Positions 38,076-50,520 of a DNA stretch of 64,000 bases are shown in pieces. The notes beneath the pieces are model-generated. The model was not told the origin of the DNA and did not search any database. It saw only the letters and a list, made by a program, of their open reading frames with translations. The stretch covers positions 1,922,001 to 1,986,000 of the forward strand of contig CM075988.1 of assembly GCA_038087875.1 (NCBI GenBank), given 5' to 3'. The position numbers were made by a program, and so were the translations under genes. The DNA is from Malacoraja senta (Eukaryota). Every line of letters starts with the position of its first letter. The stretch's first letter is position 1.

Positions 38076-39032
38076 GGTGCAATCTGGCGTCCCAGAACCA
38101 CCCCCCTCTGCATCTGTCTAGTCGGTTATTTGGGAGATCAAATGGGGTCTTTCCTCTTCAGCCAGAGCCAATGGCTACTCCGCTCTGCCACCCGTGATGT
38201 TTCTCAGTTTCCTCTAACACTCCAAAGACGTATAGGTTTGTAGGGTAATTGGCTTGGTATAATTGTAAATTGTCCCTAATGTGTGTAGGGTAGTGGTAGT
38301 GTGCGGGGATCGCTGGTCGGTGTGGACTCGGTGGGCTGAAGGGCTTCTAAACTAAAAAGCAGAAAGGTTGGCCAAGAAGACACTTGGGCGGTTGTCCTTT
38401 GTTGGTTGAGACACTGAATGGAAACGATGCAGAAATGATAGAGCTATACTAGGCCACAGCTGGAGTTCGGTCTCTTGCTCGGGCCGTCAAACTGCGGGGA
38501 GGGATGAAGGCAGTGAGAGTGTGGATGATTTGGGGGAGAGCTGAGGCTTAGCTGGAAACCACTGGCGCCATTGGAAGAGGTGGGTGAAAGGCATTTAACT
38601 GAGATTTTACTTCGGAGTCACGTGAGTGACTACGTGAAGAAGAGCCCGTCCAGCCGCACACGCGTCATATCGTCAGACGCATAGCGCAGTGACCGATGTG
38701 TTTGGAGTGAGCAGAGCTCCTCCAAACCGGGAAGTAAAAAGCCTGAAGGTAAGTGTTTACTTACGTTTTTCAGGTCGCTTTCTTCAGAGAACTTGTAGTT
38801 GGAACAACACGTCAGAATGGAGAAAGGATGTTAGAGGCCCAGGTACCACAGGTAACCTCGAGAAAGACCGCGGGTCTGCGAGTAGCGGGCGCCCTTTAGA
38901 ATTTTTAAATAGGTTAAAAAATATACCGTTGCAGCGCCATTAGGGCGTAAGAGACAAAAGGCCAGGTGGCCAGTAGACTCTGAGGAGTCAGACCGGAGGA
39001 TCCCCGACTCAGACATTTTGTCTATTCGGGTC

Positions 39033-39405
39033 CGCGTTGGGAGAGCCAGCGCAGGGAATGCCTGGGGAAGGTCCGGGCTTAGCGTTGGCCTATAGGAGAG
39101 CCAGCACATGGAGTGCTTTAGAAGGTCCGGCTCAGCGTTGGCCTAAGGGAGAGCCAGCGCAGGGAGTATTTGGAAAGGTCCGCTCAGCTCTTGCCTACAG
39201 GAGAGCCAGCGTGAGCAATGCCTGGATAAGGGCATTTTTATGCGTTGGTCTACAGGAGAGCCAGCGCCAACTATGTCTGGAGAAAGACAGTTTAAGCGTT
39301 GGCCTACAGGTGAGCCAGCACCAGCAGCACCTGAAAGAGGGCTGCCTATGCATGGGCCTACAGGAGAGCCCGCACGGCGAGCACCTGGGAAAGGGTTTAC
39401 TATGA
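39033..39405 (+). repeat. About 7 diverged ~54-bp tandem repeats in the DIRS gag-like region
   Basis: Core cgttggcctacaggagagccagc, encoding an 18-aa unit such as RWPTGEPAPAAPERGLPM. Confidence 0.8.
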
Positions 39406-40299
39406 GCACCTGGGAAAGGGTTTACTACTACCTGAAGCAGGATGCCAATTCTTCCCCTCCATGAGGAGGATTATTTCACGCAAAGATTCAGAGACGAATC
39501 ATATGAGGACCAGAGCCCAATAACAGAGCCTAAAAGACCAGGTTTGGCACAATATATGAAATTTATGGTTCCAAAACTATCAGGGGAACCATTGGGAGAT
39601 AAATTAGCAATGTCAATAAATTACTCGCTCTCCCAGCAGCTCCAGGTTCTGACCATGCATGAGCTCTCAAAAAAATGAAACCCGCAGTATTGAGCACTGC
39701 AAGCAGTCTCAGCGGTGAAAAAAAAATTAAAAAATGACAGAGGGTGTTGAAATTGCTCGTCAGGCATTACGGCTTTGGCCAGAGGTTTGGATGGAGACCA
39801 CGTGTCTGTATCACAACAAGGTTGACTTAGCACTCATGTGTAATGCGCACTTTGAAATAAACTGTATTTATAAAAGTGCTATAAGACCTAACATATACCC
39901 TAAGTTTGCGGGGCTCTGTAAACCATCTAATATTTAATTGCCTAAAATCTGTTTTTGGAAAGAATCTAGCCAAAAAAGGGTAAAAGACCTAGATGAACCT
40001 GTCGGTGATTGGCAGATCAAATCGAAGGCAGTTTTCCCTACCAATGTGTGCTGACTGGGGACAGTGAAGGATCAAATCGGTCTTTCCCATATTTGCGTTA
40101 TTGGCGCACTCCTCCTGAGGTACGTGGAGGTTACAATATTCCACTAAGATCAGGGGATAACAATTGCCATAGGCAAACCCTGAGGTAGGGGAGGCTGGTT
40201 CTGTAAGAGACATATTAATGTTTTACACTTACAACATAGAAACATAGAAACATAGAAAATAGGTGCAGGAGTAGGCCATTCGGCCCTTCGAGCCTGCAC

Positions 40300-42156
40300 A
40301 AGTTGGGGAAGATTACAATTCTTCCTAAAAGAATGGCAATCTGATGTATTTATACTGTACAGTATTGTGGGGTTTAGAATTGAATTCTACCCATATTTGG
40401 ATTCTCCTACTCAGGTATTTCAAACCGGACACATATTTCTCAAAATAAGAGAATATGCAGATTCAGGCAGAACATGAAATATTGTGTAAAAAGGGATAAT
40501 TAAGAAGTCAGTTCATCATCACCACCAATTTATGCCAAGTGTTTTATTAGAGCAAAAAAGGATGGTTGGTGTAGAATTATTCTAGATTTGACAAGTCTTA
40601 ACCCTTTTTTGTACAGTATATAAAACAGTTTTTGGAGACATTTGCCAATACTATACAGCCAATTTCAAGAAAATGCTATATGGCTAGCATAGATCTTAAG
40701 ATGCATATTACTGTGTGGCTATATATGGTAATAATCATAGATATTTAAAATTTATTTGGATGAGTCAATTATGGCAATTTAAAGCATTGTATTAAGGTTT
40801 AGCCTCAGCTCTGAGACTATTTGCCAGGTTGTTGGAACCAATTTTAGCACTACTAAGAGCTCAGGGCCATTTGGTAATGGCCTACATTGATATATTCTGA
40901 TTGTAGGAAACACTCGGGCTACAACAGAACCATGAGTGTCAAGAATCAAGCTCACTTTGGAGAGGCTGGGATTTATTATCCATCCAGATAAATCCAAACT
41001 ATTACCAAGCACAGTAATTGATTACTTGGGTTTCATTATTAAATGAGAACACATGGTAGCGATTCCGCCCAAGGATAAAGGCTGCATTTAATTGGAAGTT
41101 GTATTAAGCTCATTACAGAGCACCAACCCTCAATTAGGCAGGTAGCGAGCCTGCTTTGCAAACTATTTGCTTATTTTCGGCTGTACAATTTAGACGCCGC
41201 ATTATCAGCATTTACAGCAAGCATAGGTACAGGCATTGAGAATACATTCAAGGCATTTTGCCAGGCCCATGTAATTGCCAGTTGCAGTTATTACTGGAAT
41301 ACTATGGTGGATCATGAGTGTCTCAAATGCTTCCAGAGAGATCCTGGTTGAAACACCTTCCATTATTCTACAGATTAATTTTAGTGCTCTAGGTTGGGGT
41401 GATACTTATAAGTATTTCCAGCTGTGGAGGTAGATGGAAGTACCTTTGATCCAATAACAAGGGATCATTTAATGAGAGTTTTAGGACCATTTTATGGGCC
41501 TAAAGCTTATTGCTCTAATATGCAAAGTTTGCATGTTTAGGTACAGATTGACAACACTACGGAATAGAAACGTATGTTAATCATTTGAGTGGTATTAAGT
41601 CAGAATCTTGTGATAGATTGGCTAACGTGATCTGGACCTGGTGTTTTTACCAGAAATATTTGGTTTCGGCAATCTACCTACCAGGTAGATTCAAAATAGT
41701 TGCAGACTCAAGGTCACGTAAATTCAATGACAATACAGAATGGATGTTGGATCGTGACAAATTTAATAATATTGTTGCATGGTTGGGGATGCCAAAGATT
41801 GACTTGTTTGCATCCAGACTTAACCACCAATTACCTAAATATGTGTCATGGGAACCTGATCCTGGGGCAGTAGCGGTGGATGTTTCTCGCTGCATTGGGG
41901 TAGAATGTTTTTTGTATACATTTTCTCCATTTTGCCTCATTTAGTCAGTGTATACAGAAGATCAAACAGGACTCCGCTTCGGGAGTATTGGTGGTACCAG
42001 ATTGGACCTACACAACCATGGTACCCTCTGGTGTTAAAAATGATCACAATGCCTCTTATGATTTTCCCAAACAGAATTAATCTGTTAGTGCACCCTATAA
42101 CTGATGATTCACATCCTTTACATAATCATATTGGTTTGTTGGTTTGCAGATTCTAA
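40300..42156 (+). pseudogene. DIRS RT, RNase H and methyltransferase-like remnant
   Basis: KKDGWCRIILDLTSLN, YMASIDL, VMAYID, VQIDNTT, ADSRSR...EWML, PKIDLFASRLNHQLPKY, QPWYP. Many stops and frameshifts. Confidence 0.85.
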
Positions 42157-42159
42157 GGA

Positions 42160-43090
42160 GTGCCATATCTCAGAAGAGGACTATCAGATCGTACTGTGGA
42201 TGTTATTGCGGCAACCTGGAGGGATAGTACCCAGAAGCAGTACATTTCTTACATAAGGAAATGGGAGGTGTTTTGCTTAAGGCAGAATATTACATATCAC
42301 ACTGCAGACATCTCAGACGTGTTAGAGTTTCTGTCAACTCTTTATTTTGATTGGCAGTTAAGCTATAGTGCTATCAATACTGCAAGGAGTGCCCTCTCTG
42401 CATATCTATGGATGGAATCAGAACAAAATCTTGTAGGGTCACACCCTTTGGTCTGTAGATGTATGAAGGGAATTTTCAATTCTAAGCCTCGTAAACACAG
42501 GTATACAGAAATCTGTAATGTAAGAGATGTGCTAATGCTCTTTCGTCAATGGACTCCTATTGCAGCGCTGTCCTTGGCCGAAATTACCATGAAGGTAGTC
42601 ATGCTCAGGGCACTGGTTTCAGCACAGAGAGTGTAAACATTGCAGAAACTATGAATAGACATGATGGAAATAGCAACAAATGCTATTACGTTCTATGTCT
42701 ATGATTTGCTTAAACAGACCTGGAATCACAGGATGTAAGTTGGGGTTTTCAGCATATCCTACGGATCCACGTCTATGTGTAGTATCACATTTACGATGTT
42801 ACATTGAAGCCACCAGAACCTTAAGAGGTGCAATATCAGCATTCTTTATCAGCCATAAATAACTGCATAAGAATGTGTCGGTTCAGACTATTTCAAGATG
42901 GCTGAAGCAGGTGTTGCTTGATGCAGGTATTGATACTGACAAATTTAAATCTCATTCCACCAGGGCACCATCAACATCGGCGGCCAAGGATTGGGATGTT
43001 CCAATAGAACATATCCTCGCGGCCGCACGACAAAGTGAAAGGATGTTTCACAAGTATTACCATAAGGAGATTATAGTACCTGCGGTTATT
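42160..43090 (+). pseudogene. DIRS tyrosine recombinase remnant
   Basis: SYSAINTARSALS, LVSAQRV, LCVVSHLRCY, SVQTISRWLK, KSHSTRAPSTS, FHKYY. Confidence 0.88.
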
Positions 43091-44999
43091 TGGTGGTGCT
43101 ATTTTGGATTCATTATTAAGTTTCCCCTTGTGATAAAGGGGTTACTATTGTGGTGATAAATTAACCATTAACTGGTTGCATCCATGTTGTGGTTATGCAT
43201 TGTTGATTGCTTTACTTATTTAGAGTCAATCAATGCAGTGAGACGCCAGGATTTGAATCTACGGCCTGAAATCACAGAGCTTTGAAATCTTCACGTAGTC
43301 ACTCACGTGACTCCGAAGTAAAATAGTAAGATTAAACGAGAACTTACCAGTCTGAAGTTTGATCTTTATTTTATGAGGAGTTACGATGAGGGACTACGTG
43401 CCCTCCGCTCCCACCCTCATAAAGATCGAGCTGGTAGTTCTAGTCTTTACGTATCTTACTATCATACTTCAGTAATTGTTGTCTGTGATTGCACTCCGTT
43501 GCTTTGAAGATTGACGTGTGTGCGGCTGGACGGGCTCTTCCTCATTGTAACTCCTCATAAAATAAAGATCAAACTTCAAACTGGTAAGTTCTCGTTTAAT
43601 CTTACTTTTATAAAACATTGAGAAACCTTGGTAAAATCAACAGGAAAAATATCGTTCCCTTGACTGAGGTAAACCACAGAGTTGTAGAGCCTCTATGAGA
43701 CAGAAGGAGGCCACTCAGCCCATCGTGACTGTGTAGGTTGAGCAAGCCCAGCCTGATCCCACCTTCCAATGATGTCCCAACTCTTATACTCAATACCTCA
43801 ACCTATGGAAACAAGCACGCCACATACCTTCATCATTACCCGATCCACCAGTGTCACCACTTTAAGTGAGGGTTCTGTGGGGTAAAATAAAGAAATGTGA
43901 TTAATGTAAGATTAGTGCGAATGCTAGTTGTTGGTGAGTGCGGACTCAATGGCGGGATGGTCTGTTTCTGTGTTGCATGGTTATTGTCCCTATGGTTGTT
44001 CGATCTCCAAAATATGTTCTCCATTTCTCCTGCCAATTCCTACAACAAGACCAATTAACCTCCATAACACGCACAACCTGGGATGTGGGAGTAAAGTGGA
44101 GGAAACTGAAGCGGAGGAAACCCACGCGGTCACAGGATGATTGTGCACACTCCACAAAGACAGCACATGAGGTCAGGATAGAACCTGGGTCTCTGGTGCT
44201 GTGAGACAGCAGCTATTTCTACTGCACTGCTGCAGCACCCTGTTGTTTACAGCTGAGTCACTACCCACCGCCCGGTGCAGAGCTGTGTGGCGGTCTGTGG
44301 TGGCTGTGGCACTGGTGAGGGTGACAACACAGTAGAACGTGTGCCCATTGTAGAAGATGACCCATACACATATTTGGAAGCTGCACTGAGCTCAGGCTAC
44401 TTTGCGGGAGGATATTTAAAGCAGATTCTCAATGTTGCTATCTGATGGGAGGGCATCAATCAGAGATATGATGAACGATTGATTAACTGTGACAGAGTGA
44501 TGTACTGTCATGGTGATGAATGGCAGGTCAGGGATAGAGGGAACTCCCTTTGTTTTCCAGAATTCCAGAAACCAGGCAAGTGTGATATTACTGATCCCAT
44601 CACATCGTGTCGTTCAGGGTGAAGGGAGGCAGTGCCGGACAGGTTATAACCAGAGCTGGCTGCACTCAGTGACCCCATGGACCCTGGCTGCACCCTTGTA
44701 CAGTTGTAACACTCTCTCCATCTAGCACTTAGCAGCTGTTTATTTTCCTCAGTTTCATTATTAACATATACTTTCATTTGAAAACTTGAATCTGTCAACG
44801 TTCTCAACTCTTAAGAGTCATAAAGTCTTACCGCATGGAAACAGGCCCTTCTGCCCAATTTGCCCACATCGGCCAACATGTCCCATCTACACTAGTTGAA
44901 CCTGCCTGCCTTTAGCCCATATCCCTCTAAACCTGTCCTATCCATGTGCCTGTACAAATGTTTTGGAAACATTGCAATAGTGCTTTCCCTTCTGTCTCT

Positions 45000-45486
45000 A
45001 CTTGAAAATTTTAATCATATTCATGTCAGGCGAGTTGCCAGGCCAGTCAAAGACCATACGTTTCCTTCTGCTGGAAAAGCTGGGTCACCATCTTTGATGT
45101 GTGGCATGGTGCAAGGTCTTGCTGGAATATCCCAGATCCATCTTGAAAAATCCTTACCATCTACCGCACCATTCTTTGCAATACGTCAATATATTGCTGT
45201 CATCTCATCATTCTCTCAACTAGATGCAGCAGACCAACACTGTCATAGCTGAAACAATCCCAGAACATCTTCATTTCAAGATGTTATACAAACTGGTCAC
45301 TGTGGCATTTTCTCACCGACTGATCGCTGAACATGCCACGTTGATGGACTACTTTGGCCCTGAATCAGGGAATGACTTTCATCACTGAATAGCACCTTTC
45401 CCCAGTCTTCACATGTCCAATCTTTATACTTTCAGGCCCACTGCTATAATTTCTTCTTCATTGCAGCAGTTAGAAGTTGTTTTCTC
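45000..45486 (-). pseudogene. Old Tc1-family transposase relic
   Basis: The minus strand reads VLFSDESH, IFQQDLAPCHT and DWPGNSPDMNMI in the expected order. Confidence 0.8.
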
Positions 45487-46037
45487 ACAGGTCATAGTCA
45501 TAAGGGATAGGAGTAGAATTAGGCCATTCGGCCCATCAAGTCTACTCCGCCATTCAATCATGGCTGATCCATCCCTCCCTCCTAACCCCATTCTCCTGCC
45601 TTCTCCTCATACTCATACTAACTCGTACTAATCAAGAATCTATCTATTTCTGGCTCCCATGGTCCCATGGGACTCAAACTCCCTCTGATGAGATCCGTGA
45701 GCAGACAGGCAGGTTCCTGCATGGGGTGATGTCCGTGTAGCTGAACACGTAAAGGTGGTGACCATTTCCCCCAGCCAGGGGACGATGCATCTTCTGCCTC
45801 GTTACAATATTTTCTGTCGGGGCCTGGGACGTTCAGGATTCAGCTGAGATATGAGATGGTGGCCTGCTATCCCGCAATCAATATTCCGACCTCAACCATC
45901 ACCAACTCAGATTAACCCGAGGTGTTTCTTCAGGAGTAGAATTTACTCCCATTTGGAGGAATTGTTTAAGAAGGAACTGCAGATGCTGGAAAATCGAAGG
46001 TAGAAAAAATGCTGGAGAAACTCAGCGGGTGAGGCAG

Positions 46038-46622
46038 TGTAGATTGGCTATTTCATTGTTAGGAGTGACTCCGCCTAGTATGTGCTTTATATTATCAAGA
46101 GCTTGACTATGCTGGTTAGTATGAGTAGCAGCTTGGAAACGTAAGGTTCTGCAGATCCTTGCTGTAAGTAGATTTAATGAACGTGTGTTGTATCTTTATA
46201 TGTGTTTGTGTCACCTCATTACATGGTGTCAGAAGTGGGATTCGAACCCACGCCTCCAATTTTGCAGCCAGAAGTTCGTTCCCCGCCTGCAGTCCAGAAA
46301 CAACTACAATTCAAACCTGACACACAGAAACGCTTCTTTGACAAATCCAGCAAGCCACTTCAACCTCTTGCACGTGGACAAGTGGTCCATCTCCAGACCA
46401 ACAAGGGCCATGCACGTCTGGGTCACATCTACGTTCCTGCTAAAGAACCACGCTCTTATCTGGTTGAAGCGGACGGAGCCATCTACAGACGCAACCGTCA
46501 ACATATCCTTCCAGTGAAGGAAACGCGTCCTGCGACTCAGTATCCAGATTCTCGCGTTTCGTATACCCTCTCATGGTCATATCTCCATGCATCTTTATAT
46601 GTGTTTGTGTCACCTCATTGCA
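46038..46622 (+). mobile_element. Miniature aberrant Gypsy LTR integrant
   Basis: TG...CA termini and a 5-bp TSD GGCAG (46033-37, 46623-27). 186-bp LTR (46038-46223), tRNA-Leu PBS, an integrase C-terminal piece (QKRFFDK...PRSYLVEADGAIYRRNRQHI), and only the last 32 bp of the 3' LTR. Confidence 0.88.
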
Positions 46623-46775
46623 GGCAGCATCTATGGAGCGAAGGAAATAGGCAATGTTTTGGGTCGAGACCCTTCTTCATTTGGAGGAGAGTGGGTTAAT
46701 TATGAACAGTTAGCATAGCTTTGTCTGCAGCAGATCATGTCTTGTAAACCTAATTGAATTTTTTGAGGTGACAAT

Positions 46776-47338
46776 GGACAATAGACAATAGGTGCAGGAG
46801 TAGGCCATTGGCCCTTCAAGCCAGCACCGCCATTCAATGTGATCATGGCTGATCATCCACAATCAGTACCCCGATCCTGCCTTCTGCCCAAATACCCTGA
46901 TCTTTAAGAGCCCTATCTAGTTCTCTCTTGAAAGTATCCAGAGAACTGGCCTCCACCGCCCTCTGAGGCAGTGAATACCACAGACTCACAACTCACTGTG
47001 TGAAAAAGTGTTTCCTCATCTCCGTTCTAAATGGCTTATCCCTTATTCTTAAACTGTGGCCCCTGGTTCTGGACTCCCCCAACAATGGGAACATGTTTCC
47101 TGCCTCTAGCATGTCCAAACCCTTAATAATCTTATATGTTTCAATAAGATCACCTATAATCCTTCTAAATTCCAGCGTATACAAGCCCAGCCGCTCCATT
47201 CTCTCAGCATATGACAGTCCCGCCATACCGGGAATTAACCTTGTGAACCTACGCTGCACTCCCTCAATAGCAAGAATGTCCTTCCTCAAATTTGGAGACA
47301 AAAACTGCACACAATACTCCAGGTGTCGTCTCACTAGG
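46776..47338 (-). mobile_element. CR1/HER1 3' fragment
   Basis: HLEYCVQF...EGVQRRFTRLIPG, 3' UTR and a gacaata tail. Confidence 0.88.
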
Positions 47339-48029
47339 ACGAAGGAGATTGATGAAGGCAGGGCAGTGGATTTTGTCTACATGGATTTTAGTAAAGCATG
47401 TTATAAATTCCATCATGGTATGCTTTCAGATATGGAGTGATGGAGGGATGTTGATCATATGCAGGTAGTGGAGATTAGTTTAACTAATATTTGGCAGGGA
47501 TGTAATGGGCCAAAGGGCCTGTTCCTATGCATACTGTTTTAAGTTCAGCTGTCATAGTGGGACCTAACTGCATACAGGTTGGTCAGCATGTTTAACGATG
47601 GAAGATGATGAACAGTTTATCCCTGGATCGATGAAGTGTTTCAGTCATTTCCTTTACTCTGTACAGCCACAATTTACACAGTAGCTTTACCCAGGTCCAC
47701 CTCATTATCCCTCTGTTTGGCAAAGCCTCGATGAAGAAAAGAGAAGGGGGTTCACACAACAGATGGATGATCGATGTTCACTTTGGCCATTGGACAAGCC
47801 ATCTCTTACTACCACCAAATATCCTGAGGTCAGGTTTAGTATGAAGGATAATGCTGGTAATGAAGGCAGCATCACCCACACCCTCACTGGGACACACACA
47901 AACCCATGTTGAACAAGATATTGTAACCTCTTCAAATCTATCAATCCAGCAACCTCCACTGGCACCGAGTAGCGACAACCCTTCTCAGTCTCCCTCTTCA
48001 TAACCACTCCCAACCTCATAAAGTGTTGC

Positions 48030-49330
48030 CACTTAAAACTTGCATGGACCAACTGGATGGAGTTCTCATGGACATCTTCAACCTCTCATTATTATGGTCC
48101 ATGGTCCCCACTTGCTTTAAAATGATATGCATAATACCAGTGCCCAAGAGAGTAAGGTGACATGCCTCAGTGACTATTGATAGGTGGCACTCATATCTGT
48201 TGTGATGAAGTGCTTTGGAAAGTTGGCTATGCCACAAATCAATTCCTGCCAATGCAGTAACCTGCATCCACTACAATTCACCCACCACCACAACAGATCA
48301 ACAGAAGATGTGATCTCACGGGCTCTCCACTCTGCACAGGACCACTTGGACACCAAGAGCATGTACGTCAACACATTGATGCAATCACAAAGAAAGCTCA
48401 CAAATGCTTCTACTTCCAAAGCAGATAGTTGTTCATCATCTACAGCGCAGTGTTCATCACCATCATCCCCTCTAAACCTATCATCAAACTCAGGGCACTA
48501 GGTCTCTTCACATCTCTTTGCAATTGGATCTTCGACTTCCTCGTTGGTAGACCTCACTCAGTGTGAATTGGTAACAACACTTCCTCCTCGATGACCATCA
48601 GCACAGGGCACTTCAGGGTGTGTGTGACGAATCCCCCACTCCACTCACTCTATACCCAGACACAGCTCCAACACAATCTTCAAACTCGCAAACAATCCCC
48701 CCATTGTTGGGTGAATAATGGGTAATAATGAATCAAAGGAGTGAGATCAAGGATGTCAGCAAGACTGAGGAGCTGATTGTTGACTTGAGGATGGGAAGGC
48801 CGAGGATCCACGAACCTGTCTTCATTAACGGGACGGTGGTGGAGGGAGTCAACAGCTTCAAGTTCCTGGCCGTGCATATCTCTGATTATCAGACCCAGGC
48901 CCAGCACATTGATGCAATCACAAAGAAAGTACACAAATGCATCTACTTCCACAGCAGATTGAAGAGATTTGGTTTGTCGACAATTGTCAATTGAACCTCT
49001 ACAGGTGTACAGTAGAGAGCATATTGACTGGTTGCATCAAGGTCTGGTTCAGTAATTCAAAAGCCCACGAACAAAGGAGACAGTGGAAAGTGGTGAATAC
49101 TGCCCAATCCATCACTGGTACTGACTGACCTCCTCACCATTGAAGGGATCTACAGGCGAAACTGCCTCAAAAACAGCATCATACATCATCAAAGACACAT
49201 ACCACCCTGACCATGCTCTCATCTCACTGCTACATTGGGAGCCTGAGAACCATAACCTCCTAGTTCAAGAACAGCTTCTTCTCATTAACATTTAGGATCT
49301 TGAACAACCCTGCACAACCCGAACCCCAGC
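48030..49330 (+). mobile_element. Rex1/Babar LINE relic
   Basis: VALISVVMKCF, LHPLQF...NRSTED, SKTEELIVDLR, SFKFLAVHIS, YRCTVESILTGCIKVWF. Confidence 0.8.
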
Positions 49331-49664
49331 AATAATCTTCCATGGACTTTGTGTTGGTTGCTCTACATACTTCAGATCACACTATTATGGTCTGGTCACC
49401 TAGTATTGCTAATAATTTATTATATTACTATTAATCGTGTTTACCTGTCGTGCTGTTACATTGATGAGCCTGTGAAGCTGCAGCAAGTAAAAATGTTCTT
49501 CAGTTCCTGGTGCACTTAAACACTCTTGACTCTCTTGACTCTTGACCCCTGCCCATGATTGCACACCGTCCACCCTTCTCTGGAGGCAGGGGAGAATGGG
49601 TGAAGAGGAAGGGGTTCAGTTGGAGGTGATGAAGTTGTTGAGTATAATACTCATCTCTGCAATA

Positions 49665-50520
49665 GAATCCTCAACTTCCTGACCAATCGGTGAGGGTATG
49701 GGACACATTATCCTCTACGATAATCCTCAACATTGGTGCTCGTACAAGGCTGCGTTCTCACCCCCTTTCTTTACTCCTAGTACACCCACAACTGTGGAGC
49801 CATGTTCAAATCTACTTCAATTTAATTCAATTTACAAATTCGCAGATGACACCACCATTGTGGGCCGGATATCAAATAACGATGAGATGAAGTAGAGATG
49901 GTTGAAAACTTCAAATTCCGAGGAGTAAATATCACCACCTCTACCTCCTTAAAAGGTTTAGGAAGTTCGGCATGTCCCCTATAACTCTCACCAACTTCTA
50001 CAGATGGGCCGTAGAAAGCATTTTATCGGGATGCATCACAGCTTGGTTTGAGAACAGCTCCATCCAAGACTGCAAGAAATTGTAGAGAATTGTGGACGTA
50101 GCCCAGACCATCGCACAAACTAACCTCCCTTCCATTGACTACATTTATACCTCACACTATCTTGGCAAGGCCAGCAGCATAATCAGGGACAAGTCGCACC
50201 CTATGAAGTCATCCCTCTTCTCCCCTCTCACATCGGGCAAAAAAACGCATACCTCCAGATTCAGGGATAGTTTCTTCACAGCTGTTAACAGGCAATTGAA
50301 CCATCCTACCATAACTAGAGGGCAGTCCTGAACTACAATCTATCTCTTTGATGACCATCGGACTATCTTTGATTCGACTTTACTGGTTTATCTTGCACTA
50401 AACGTTATTCCCTTATCACTTATCTGTACACTGTGAATAGCTCGATTTTAATCAGGTATTGTCTTTCTGCTGACTGGTTAGCATGCAACAAAAACTTTTC
50501 ACTGAACTAAACTGAACTAC
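49665..50520 (+). mobile_element. Rex1/Babar LINE relic with 3' tail
   Basis: IYKFADDTTIVGRISNNDE and TSRFRDSFF, with the tail actgaactaaactgaac. Confidence 0.75.

Larger units (their letters stand above)
35490..38201 (-). mobile_element. HERO-like (R2-group, RLE-type) non-LTR retrotransposon, permuted fragment
   Basis: Minus-strand order: ORF C-terminus VAERSSHWLWLKRKDP (38195-38126), UTR, ATG near 37688, CxC...GLKIHQGKKGC zinc finger, RT. Confidence 0.85.
35330..38357 (+). mobile_element. HE1-like SINE split by the HERO-like insertion (35330-35489 and 38202-38357)
   Basis: The SINE head and core are on the left, and the core and tail are on the right. 37 bp are duplicated. Confidence 0.85.
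38604..43606 (+). mobile_element. DIRS1-type tyrosine-recombinase retrotransposon, structurally complete but degraded
   Basis: ICR 43288-43324 is the exact reverse complement of the left end 38604-38640. ICR 43325-43391 complements the right end 43540-43606. A short ITR pairs 38639-38667 with 43511-43540. RT, RNase H, MT and YR remnants lie between. Confidence 0.95.

Noticed and set aside
39033..39405. CRISPR-like repeat-spacer pattern
   Set aside because: The 'spacers' resemble each other, the unit is 18 codons inside a DIRS element, the context is eukaryotic and there are no cas genes.
46224..46258. tRNA-Leu gene on the minus strand
   Set aside because: Only the 3' 35 nt are present, they include CCA, and they abut an LTR. 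This is a primer-derived copy.
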